Of a stretch of 64,000 nt of DNA, positions 28,292 to 35,664 are shown piece by piece. The notes under the pieces were generated by a model. The model made no database searches. It was not told where the DNA came from and saw only the letters and a program-made list of their open reading frames with translations. The stretch is taken from positions 142-64,141 of the forward strand of contig CABUDS010000010.1 of NCBI GenBank assembly GCA_902490405.1, read 5' to 3'. The DNA is from an uncultured Collinsella sp. (GTDB lineage Bacteria; Actinomycetota; Coriobacteriia; Coriobacteriales; Coriobacteriaceae). The first letter of the stretch is position 1; each line of letters begins with the position of its first letter. The position numbers and the translations under genes were made by a program.

Positions 28292-28340
28292 CGCCGGATG
28301 CTGACGGGCACGCTCGTCTAGCATCCGGCGTTTTTGTTTG
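28292..28340 (+). terminator. rho-independent terminator after map
   Basis: CGCCGGATGCT-loop-AGCATCCGGCG (11 bp perfect) followed by TTTTTGTTTG. Confidence 0.8.
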
Positions 28341-28352
28341 AACGTTTTGCCT

Positions 28353-28393
28353 GATAAAACCCGCCAAAATAAACCTGTCCCTTTTTGGCGGGT
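28353..28393 (+). repeat. 41-bp hairpin element, copy H1 (with a compensatory stem change)
   Basis: gataaaaCCCGCCaaaataaacctgtccctttttGGCGGGt. Ends 20 nt before the GTG start at 28413. Confidence 0.9.
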
Positions 28394-28412
28394 CAAGCGG
28401 AAAGGACTACTT

Positions 28413-29348
28413 GTGAACATCTTGGTTTTGCTGCCCGTCAACGACCACCATCGCGCAATTCTTGAGTCGAGCGCTCCGGGCGAGGACTTTATCTACACGA
28501 GCGCCGACGCTATCACGCGCGAACAAGTCGCCAACGCCGACGTGATCTTGGGCAACATAGACCCTGCCCTACTTACCGCATGCGAGCACCTCCAGCTGCT
28601 GCAACTACAGACCGCGGGCTATGACGATTACTTGGCCGCCGGCACCGTGCCAGCCGACGCCAAACTGTCTTGCTCGGTGGGCGCCTACGGCCAGGCCGTG
28701 AGCGAGCACATGTTTGCCATGGTCCTTTCCATGATGAAGCGCCTGCCCGGCTATCACGACTTGCAGCGCGAACATCGCTGGGAGGATTTGGGGCCAGTTA
28801 CCTCGCTCAAAAACGCCAACGTGCTGGTGCTGGGCGCGGGCGATATCGGCGGTCACTTTGCCACGCTCTGCCGCGGCATGGGCGCGCACGTCCGCGGCAT
28901 CAAGCGCCATCCACTCGTCTACCCCATTGTGTTTGAGGACATGGACGGCATGGACGCCCTACCTGAGCGCCTGGCAGAGGCCGACATCGTCGCATCCTTT
29001 ATGCCGAGCACGCCCGAGACCCGCGGTCTGGCGAACGCCGAGTTCTTTGCCGCGATGAAGCCGGGCGCCTTCTTTGCCAACGGCGGCCGCGGCGATCTTG
29101 TGGTCGCCGACGACTTGGTTGCCGCCCTGGAGTCGGGACATCTTGCCGGCGCTGCGGTCGACGTCACCGACCCCGAGCCCCTGCCTGCGACAAGCCCCCT
29201 GTGGGATGCGCCCAACATGCTCATCACGCCGCACGTCTCCGGCTGGTTCCACCTGGCAGCCACGCTCAACAACGTGGTCGACATCGCCGCGGAGAATCTG
29301 CGTCACCTGCAGGCCGGCGAAACTTTACGTTGTTGGATCGAGCACTGA
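28413..29348 (+). CDS. D-isomer-specific 2-hydroxyacid dehydrogenase family protein (NAD-binding)
   Basis: VLVLGAGDIGGHFA Rossmann motif and the catalytic region ITPHVSG. GTG start after GGAAAGGA. The upstream part of the ORF is just the translated H1 repeat. Confidence 0.85.
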   Translation: MNILVLLPVNDHHRAILESSAPGEDFIYTSADAITREQVANADVILGNIDPALLTACEHLQLLQLQTAGYDDYLAAGTVPADAKLSCSVGAYGQAVSEHMFAMVLSMMKRLPGYHDLQREHRWEDLGPVTSLKNANVLVLGAGDIGGHFATLCRGMGAHVRGIKRHPLVYPIVFEDMDGMDALPERLAEADIVASFMPSTPETRGLANAEFFAAMKPGAFFANGGRGDLVVADDLVAALESGHLAGAAVDVTDPEPLPATSPLWDAPNMLITPHVSGWFHLAATLNNVVDIAAENLRHLQAGETLRCWIEH

Positions 29349-29351
29349 TTT

Positions 29352-29443
29352 GTTCCGGCGTTTTACCAAACGCCGGAACCCCTCGACGCTGCGCTCTTAG
29401 GTTCCGCCGTTCTAACGAACGGCGGACCACTCGACGCTGCGAG
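29352..29443 (+). repeat. two tandem hairpin units of 42-49 bp with compensatory stem changes
   Basis: Unit 1: gttccggcgttt-tacc-aaacgccggaac + ccctcgacgctgcg. Unit 2: gttccgccgttc-taac-gaacggcgga(c) + cactcgacgctgcg. Confidence 0.8.
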
Positions 29444-29475
29444 CCCGCCGTTTGGCCAATCTGCCGTTCAATTTC

Positions 29476-29510
29476 AAAGGCGCGACCAGAAGGTCAGCGC
29501 CTTTTCATTT
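29476..29510 (+). terminator. rho-independent terminator about 130 nt after the dehydrogenase stop
   Basis: AAAGGCGCGACC-agaa-GGTCaGCGCC followed by TTTTCATTT. Confidence 0.65.
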
Positions 29511-29638
29511 CACGGCACCTTGGCTCAAACGGCGGGCTCTCGCTGGCGTGCGCTCTACCTGCGGCGTTTCGCTGGCGTCGGCTTCATCTGCAAGCCTTAG
29601 CAGTTCCGTCTTGCCGTTGGCGTTGTGGCATTTGCCCA

Positions 29639-29679
29639 GATAAAACCTGCCAAAATAAACCTGTCCCTTTTTGGTAGGT
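29639..29679 (+). repeat. 41-bp hairpin element, copy H2
   Basis: gataaaacctgccaaaataaacctgtccctttttggtaggt. One C-to-T change gives a G-U pair only in plus-sense RNA. Confidence 0.9.
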
Positions 29680-29787
29680 TTGGCGCAATGGGGTCAGGTT
29701 GGCTTGCGCCATACCGGTAGTTCTGTCTGCGACACTCTCGCCAAAGTGATATCAAACATACATCTAGCGTTTTCGACACTTCGCTTA

Positions 29788-29970
29788 TTAGAGCCAGTCC
29801 GTCTCCTCGTCATAGCGGTCCGAATAGGCGTTACGCTTGAGTTCTTCAGCACTCGTTGGTCGCGCCTTGGACACGTCGACCCCTGACTCATGGCAAGCGG
29901 CGACGAACAGCTGTAAACCCCGATCAATAAGCTGAGCCCCACGCTCGGCCTTCATTTCTTCGGCTCGCAT
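29788..29970 (-). CDS. hypothetical 60-aa protein, start codon abutting the aminopeptidase stop
   Basis: TAA-ATG junction with the upstream gene. Lower GC and no recognisable family. May be a gene remnant. Confidence 0.3.
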   Translation of the reverse strand: MRAEEMKAERGAQLIDRGLQLFVAACHESGVDVSKARPTSAEELKRNAYSDRYDEETDWL

Positions 29971-31356
29971 TTAGAGTTCCACGCTTTCGGCGCCGTTGAT
30001 GGTTAGGTTGCGCTCGTAGAAGGCGGTGAGGGCGCGGATGGCGTACATCACGTCGCGCACGCCGCCGGTCTCGTAGCTCGAGTGCATGGCAAGCTGCGGC
30101 AGGCCCACGTCCACGGCATGCATGCTCGCCTGCATGTTCGACAGGTTGCCGAGCGTGGAGCCACCCGCCATATCGCTCTTGTTTGCGAAGGCCTGCGTGG
30201 GTACGTCAGTGTCATCGCAGATGGCCTGGAACACCGCGCGACTAAAGGCATCGGTGCAGTAGTGCTGGTTGGCGGCCTCCTTGATGACGATGCCGCCGTT
30301 GAGCACAACCTGGTTGCGGGCGTCGCACTTCTCGGCGTGGTTGGGGTGCACGGCATGCGCGTTGTCGCAGCTCACGAGCATCGAAGCGGCAAGCGCACGG
30401 TGGTACGACTCGTCGTCAAAGCCCAGCGAGCCGTTAATGCGGCGCAGTGCATCGGCCAAGAACGTCGACATGGCGCCCTGCTTGGTCTCGGAGCCAACCT
30501 CCTCATTATCAAAGCAGCAGAAGACCGAAACGTCGTGCGCGTTCTCGGCACCCAAAAATGCCTGTAGCGAGGTGTAGGCGCAGGCCAGGTCGTCGAGCTT
30601 GGGCGTCGAGATAAACTCGTCGGCCCAGCCCCAAATGCGCGCATCCTGACGATTGACCAGGAACAGATCGCGGCCCAAAATTTGCTCGGGCTCAACGTCC
30701 AGTTCGTCGGCGATCAGGGCGTCAAAATCTCCCTGCTTAAGGTCACCGGCGCTGATGAGCGGGCACAGGTCGACGGCGCGATTGGGAGCAAAGCCCTCGT
30801 TAACGCCGCGGTTCATATGGATAGCAAGGCTCGGGATAATAGCGACCTCGCGCTCGGTGGCAAGCAGACGACTCTCGATACGGTCGCCCTCGCGTACCAA
30901 CACGCGGCCCGCGAGTGCCAGCGGACGATCGAACCAGGTGTAGTCGATCATGCCGCCGTAGGCCTCGGTGTTCAGGCGCAGCGTCTCGCCCGCGCCGTCA
31001 AGCTCAGGCACGGCCTTGACCTTAAACGTCGGCGAATCGCTGTGCGACGCCGTGAGCTGAAAATGATAGTCGCCGGCAACGCCGTCCTCGCCCCACGTAG
31101 CAGCCAGGTCCTCGCCCACCTTAAAGGCAACAACGCTCGAGGTATTGCGCTGCGTGTAATAACGCCCGCCTGGTTCGATGTCCCACGCCGCATTCTCGGG
31201 CAGGTAGGTAAAGCCCGCCTCGTCGAGCTCGGCCATAATGGTCGCCGCCGTATGGAACATGCTGGGGCATGCCTCGATAAAGTCGATAAGGTCGTTGGCG
31301 GCCTCGATATCATCGGCCGTCACATGCGCGCGCTCGGGCGTTTCCTGATCCGTCAT
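29971..31356 (-). CDS. M18-family (aspartyl) aminopeptidase
   Basis: About 461 aa with M18-type motifs (SHSDSPTFKVK, CFDNEEVGS). Start moved to the ATG at 31356 after AAGGGGAGAG. Confidence 0.9.
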   Translation of the reverse strand: MTDQETPERAHVTADDIEAANDLIDFIEACPSMFHTAATIMAELDEAGFTYLPENAAWDIEPGGRYYTQRNTSSVVAFKVGEDLAATWGEDGVAGDYHFQLTASHSDSPTFKVKAVPELDGAGETLRLNTEAYGGMIDYTWFDRPLALAGRVLVREGDRIESRLLATEREVAIIPSLAIHMNRGVNEGFAPNRAVDLCPLISAGDLKQGDFDALIADELDVEPEQILGRDLFLVNRQDARIWGWADEFISTPKLDDLACAYTSLQAFLGAENAHDVSVFCCFDNEEVGSETKQGAMSTFLADALRRINGSLGFDDESYHRALAASMLVSCDNAHAVHPNHAEKCDARNQVVLNGGIVIKEAANQHYCTDAFSRAVFQAICDDTDVPTQAFANKSDMAGGSTLGNLSNMQASMHAVDVGLPQLAMHSSYETGGVRDVMYAIRALTAFYERNLTINGAESVEL

Positions 31357-31517
31357 GCTCTCCCCTTTCGCTGGGTTGATGGTCCCCTCCAGCATACCCC
31401 GCCGCGCCAGTGCCGTGCCTTTCATTCCATGTTTAATCCCGCGCCGCTCGCCAAGTTGAGCCATCATGCCCGCACTCCTTTTGCGACAATTACGCTAACA
31501 GGACGAAAGGAGCCGTC

Positions 31518-32602
31518 ATGAAGCCACGTAACATTGCCATCGCCTGCGGTGTCGCGGGAGTCGCCGTCGGCCTTGCCGCTGCCACCGGCACCGTTTATCA
31601 CAAACAAATCAAGTCCGCCGCGTCACTCAAACGCTTGACCGGCTACACGGATGGCTATGACCTGTACGCAATCGACATCGCCTACGACTACGATCTTGAT
31701 CGCATCATCGCCGCTGGCGTGCGCGATGACCAGGCCTACATCGATGCCGTGGTGGCGCAGGTGCTGCCCGGTGTGCCGGCACATGTCCAGGCGCCCCAGT
31801 TTGCCTGCAGCGCTTTTGTCGCCGTAGATGCCGAAGGCCGCGTGCGTACCGGTCGCAATTACGACTTTAAGGACGACACCTCGGCGCTGCTGGTGCGCAA
31901 TCACCCACGCGGCGGCTATGCCTCCATCGGGTTTGCCGCCCTTAACAACCTGGGCGATAACACTCCGCTTGACTCCGTCGCCGGACGCGCCGCCGCACTC
32001 ATGGGCCCGTTTGCCCAGCTCGACGGCGTCAACGAATGTGGCGTGTCCATTGCCGTGCTCACCCTGGATTCCAAACCCTGTGACCAGGACACGCAGCGCC
32101 CCGTCATCAATACCTCGCTCGCCATCCGTCTGGTGCTCGACCGTGCCGCCACCACGCAAGAAGCTGTCGACCTGCTTTCCGCCTACGACATGCACGCCAT
32201 GGCAGGACGCGATTACCACTTCTTTATCAACGACGCCACCGGTGACGCGCGCGTAGTAGAGTGGGATCCGCGCGATCCGGACCGCGCTTTCAAAGCGACT
32301 CCTGTACGCCAGGTTACAAACTTTACGCCTGCTATGGCGACGAAGTGCTGCCCAACCAAAAGAATGGCGAGCTGGGCCATGGTAAAGAGCGCGCCGTCGC
32401 AATCGCCGATGTCCTCGACGCCCATGCCGGCGCCCAAGACGAGGCAGTCGCTTGGAAGGCCCTTCGCGCTGCGGCGCAAGAGCCCAATCCGGAAGACATC
32501 ACCAGCAATACGCAATGGTCGGTCGTCTTTGACAATACCGAGCCCGCTGCCGCCATCACGCTGCGCCGCCACTGGGGCAACGTCGATGCCTTCGCACTGT
32601 AA
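31518..32602 (+). pseudogene. frameshifted Ntn-hydrolase (choloylglycine hydrolase / peptidase C45-like, linear amide C-N hydrolase)
   Basis: Frame 1 reads sensibly up to ...PVRQVTNF (about 32324) and then becomes Pro/Ser/Arg-rich nonsense. The ORF 32261..32602 in another frame continues plausibly (YACYGDEVLPNQKNGELGHGKERA...). The join is at the T-run aacTTTacg (32322-32324), consistent with a 1-nt deletion. Confidence 0.7.
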
Positions 32603-32741
32603 GGAGCCAGGCCCGTCGACCTTACGTTCCCTGGCGTTGCTTACATTTCCATACGCTTGAGCTAACACGTTTTACCCCCGTATCAACAGTGTGCGGGGGT
32701 AAACTTATGCGCATGTTATAACTTGCCCGGAAGGATTCATC

Positions 32742-33821
32742 ATGCTTAGGATCGGTCTTCTTACCAGTGGCGGCGACTGCCAAGCGCTCAACGCCACCAT
32801 GCGCGGCATCGTCAAAACGCTTATAACCAATAGCGAAGAGCCTATCGAGATCTATGGTTTTGAGGACGGCTACCAGGGCCTTATCTACAGCAGGTTCCGT
32901 GTCATGACGCCCGCCGATTTTAGCGGCATCCTCACCCGTGGCGGCACCATCCTGGGCACGAGCCGCACGCCGTTCAAGCGCCTCGACATCCCCGAGGCCG
33001 ACGGCGTCGAGAAGGTGCCCGCAATGGTCCACACCTATCACAAGCTGCAGCTCGACTGCCTGTTTATGCTGGGCGGCAACGGATCCACCAAGACCGCCAA
33101 CCGCCTGCGCGAAGAAGGCCTCAACGTTATCGCCCTGCCCAAGACCATCGATAACGACACCTGGGGCACCGAGCTGACGTTTGGCTTTACGAGCGCCATC
33201 GACGTCGCCACCAAGTGCATCGACGACATCCACACCACTGCCTCGAGTCACGGCCGCGTGTTTGTCATCGAGATCATGGGCCACAAGGTCGGTTGGATTC
33301 CGCTGTATGCCGGCGTCGCGGGCGGCGCGGACGTCATCTTGATTCCCGAGATCCCCTACGACATGGACAACGTCATCAAGACCATCGAGCATCGCATGGA
33401 GACCGGCAGCCGCTTTACCATCGTAGCCGTCGCCGAGGGCGCTATCTCCAAGGAGGACGCGGCGCTGCCCAAGAAGGAGTACAAGAAAAAGCTCGCCGAG
33501 CGCACGAGTCCGTCGATCGTCTACGACATCGCCAAGGAGATCGAGGCCAAGACTGGTCGCGAGACCCGCGTCGCCATCCCCGGCCACACGCAGCGCGGCG
33601 GCCAACCCGACGCCCAGGACCGCATCTTTGCGACCCAGTGCGGCGTCGAGGCAGCACTGGGATGCCTGCGCGGCGAGTTTGGCTACATGATTGCCCTGCG
33701 CGACGGCAAGATGTGCCACATGCCGCTCGAGGATGTCGCCGGCAAGCTCAAGTACGTCGATCCCCAGAGCGACCTGGTGCGCGAAGCCAAGGCGTTGGGC
33801 ATCAGCTTCGGCGACGAATAG
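32742..33821 (+). CDS. pfkA: ATP-dependent 6-phosphofructokinase
   Basis: MLRIGLLTSGGDCQALNATMRGIV..., PKTIDND, MGHKVG motifs. GGAAGGA RBS. Confidence 0.95.
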   Translation: MLRIGLLTSGGDCQALNATMRGIVKTLITNSEEPIEIYGFEDGYQGLIYSRFRVMTPADFSGILTRGGTILGTSRTPFKRLDIPEADGVEKVPAMVHTYHKLQLDCLFMLGGNGSTKTANRLREEGLNVIALPKTIDNDTWGTELTFGFTSAIDVATKCIDDIHTTASSHGRVFVIEIMGHKVGWIPLYAGVAGGADVILIPEIPYDMDNVIKTIEHRMETGSRFTIVAVAEGAISKEDAALPKKEYKKKLAERTSPSIVYDIAKEIEAKTGRETRVAIPGHTQRGGQPDAQDRIFATQCGVEAALGCLRGEFGYMIALRDGKMCHMPLEDVAGKLKYVDPQSDLVREAKALGISFGDE

Positions 33822-33994
33822 CCTCGGCCGAAACTGCTCTCATCGGAGGCCCCAGGGCTTACCTCCCAAATCGTCCTCGGACATGTCAGGATCCCGCCGT
33901 GCGCTTCGCGCGGCGGGATCCTTCCGTCCTGCGGAAAGATTTGGGAGGTAAGCCCTGGGGCCTCCTGCGGTAACTAGGGAGGCCGAGGCTATTC
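33816..33994 (+). repeat. nested double-hairpin 3' element, copy A (after pfkA)
   Basis: Outermost arms 33816-33829 / 33981-33994 (14 bp). Main arms 33845-33871 / 33939-33965 (27 bp perfect). Inner stem 33889-33899 / 33911-33921 (11 bp) with loop TGCGCTTCGCG. Junction motifs CGTCCTCGGACATG and CGTCCTGCGGAA. Confidence 0.9.
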
Positions 33995-34214
33995 GTCTTC
34001 TTGCTGCAAGTGCGTGGGCTGAGATTTTGGGATGTTGCAAGCTCTTAGCTGAGAGTAGCACTGACATTTGTCCTGAAATGGCTGGTCGTTAGGGGTTGCT
34101 ACCGGTAGTTGCGGTAGGGTCGGAGCAGATTCTAACTAGAAATGGTGGTCGCCACCGGTTGTTCTCGGCATACTCGGCTCATTCGATTACGATCACCACA
34201 TGAAAGGAACTGCT

Positions 34215-35144
34215 ATGGATCTTGCGATGGCACAGCGGCTCGTTGATCGCCGCAAGGCTGCCGGGCTTTCTCAGGAGGCGCTTGCCGCCCAGCTGGGCGT
34301 GAGTCGTCAGGCTGTCAGTAAATGGGAGCGCAGCGAATCTTCGCCCGATACCGATAACCTTATTGCGCTCGCCGCGCTGTATGGCGTGTCGCTGGATGAG
34401 CTGCTGTATGGGGAGGCGGTGGATAGCACTGATGACTCGCAGACTGATGATGAGGCACGGAACAGCAACGCCGGCACCAAAGCTTCAGATGAGGCTGAGG
34501 CTTCTGCTGAGCACGCTGATTGCAGCGATAAGCCACTTGTCGATATTTCCCTCGCGCGCGGCATCCACGTTATTGATCCCAACAAAGGCGAAGAGGTCCA
34601 TGTTGGTTGGAATGGCATCCATGTGGCTAACGAGCGCAAGGGTGAAGAGGTCCATGTGGGGCCAGACGGATTGTATATCGATACGCTTGAGGACGATGGA
34701 CATAGCGTGCATACCAATGACGATGGCACCGTCACCATCGACGGCGAGACGTTTTCCAGCTGGAAGGAGGCGCACGACAAGCTCGACCATCATGGCAAGC
34801 ATTTCCACACCAAGGTCGGACGTGCATGGAACAAATTCCCCTTCCCCGCACTTGTCGCTCTCGCCTATCTGGTGCTCGGCATTGTCTACAGCACATGGGC
34901 TACGGGCCTCTTCCTCGTCTTTTTGATTCCCGTCTATTACGCGCTTGGCGACTTTATCGATCAACGCCGCTTATCTAAGCTGATCGATGTCGTCTATTCA
35001 GTCAGTGCCGAGACATGGTTCCTCTACATGTGGCTCTGCCTGGGGCAACCCCATCCCGCCTGGGTAATACTCATCACCATCCCGGTCGTAAAAGCACTCA
35101 TGCGTTGGTGCCGTAAACAATGGAAGTGCCGCAAACAGGCCTAA
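34215..35144 (+). CDS. XRE-family HTH regulator fused to a C-terminal multi-TM membrane domain
   Basis: HTH LSQEALAAQLGVSRQAVSKWERSES. Internal repeat GEEVHVG(W/P).G. Hydrophobic C-terminus. Start at the ATG 34215 after AAAGGAA. Confidence 0.8.
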   Translation: MDLAMAQRLVDRRKAAGLSQEALAAQLGVSRQAVSKWERSESSPDTDNLIALAALYGVSLDELLYGEAVDSTDDSQTDDEARNSNAGTKASDEAEASAEHADCSDKPLVDISLARGIHVIDPNKGEEVHVGWNGIHVANERKGEEVHVGPDGLYIDTLEDDGHSVHTNDDGTVTIDGETFSSWKEAHDKLDHHGKHFHTKVGRAWNKFPFPALVALAYLVLGIVYSTWATGLFLVFLIPVYYALGDFIDQRRLSKLIDVVYSVSAETWFLYMWLCLGQPHPAWVILITIPVVKALMRWCRKQWKCRKQA

Positions 35145-35193
35145 ACCACCCCAACCAGCCAGCGCCACTCATCCGACACCGCCTGCCCCTTCC

Positions 35194-35262
35194 AAGTTGC
35201 GGTGAGATAGGGACTGTTTTGAAGCTCCAAAGCGCCAAACAGTCCGTATATCACCGCAACTT
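35194..35262. repeat. AGTTGCGGTGA-type inverted-repeat element, copy G2
   Basis: 26-bp arms 35194-35219 / 35237-35262 with 2 mismatches. Confidence 0.85.
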
Positions 35263-35320
35263 ACAAACAACTGGGTCAGTTCCGGCACGGAGATTAGCAT
35301 TGAGCTGACCGCGCGCCAAG

Positions 35321-35469
35321 AAAAGGGCCTATTTACTACGTTTAACTCGATGGGGCCAACCATGACCGCCTTTTTCGAAAATCGACAGCCCTTCTACCTG
35401 CGGTTTTATTTTTCATTTTCCCGGCATGGTTGAGGGTATCCAATTAAACGTAGTAGATAGGCCCATTTT
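35321..35469. repeat. MITE-like segment of about 150 bp bounded by about 25-bp terminal inverted repeats
   Basis: aaaagggcctatttactacgtttaa (35321-35345) matches the reverse complement of ttaaacgtagtagataggcccatttt (35445-35469) with 1 mismatch and 1 indel. AT-rich interior with no credible ORF. Confidence 0.6.
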
Positions 35470-35623
35470 GTGGCATACGACCCATACAAGCCCAATCTCG
35501 AAGGCTAAAGAGAGCCTCTCATCCACGCCTGCGAGCGAAAACCAAATAGAATGAAAGGCAAATGGAAAGCCCGTTTGACGGGGCAAACGCCGGGCCACCT
35601 AATGGTTGTCCGGCGTTCGCCCA

Positions 35624-35664
35624 GATAAAACCTGCCAAAATAAACCTGTCCCTTTTTGGCAGGT
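35624..35664 (+). repeat. 41-bp hairpin element, copy H3 (consensus), abutting the ABC permease stop
   Basis: gataaaacctgccaaaataaacctgtccctttttggcaggt. On the minus strand it reads stop codon, 11-bp stem, 13-nt loop, stem, TTTTAT. Confidence 0.9.

Noticed and set aside
32670-32705. TTACCCCCG-n13-CGGGGGTAA hairpin after the Ntn-hydrolase pseudogene, considered as a terminator.
   Set aside because: The stem is real but no U-tract follows on either strand. I could not decide between a terminator and a pfkA leader structure, so it is not listed as a feature.
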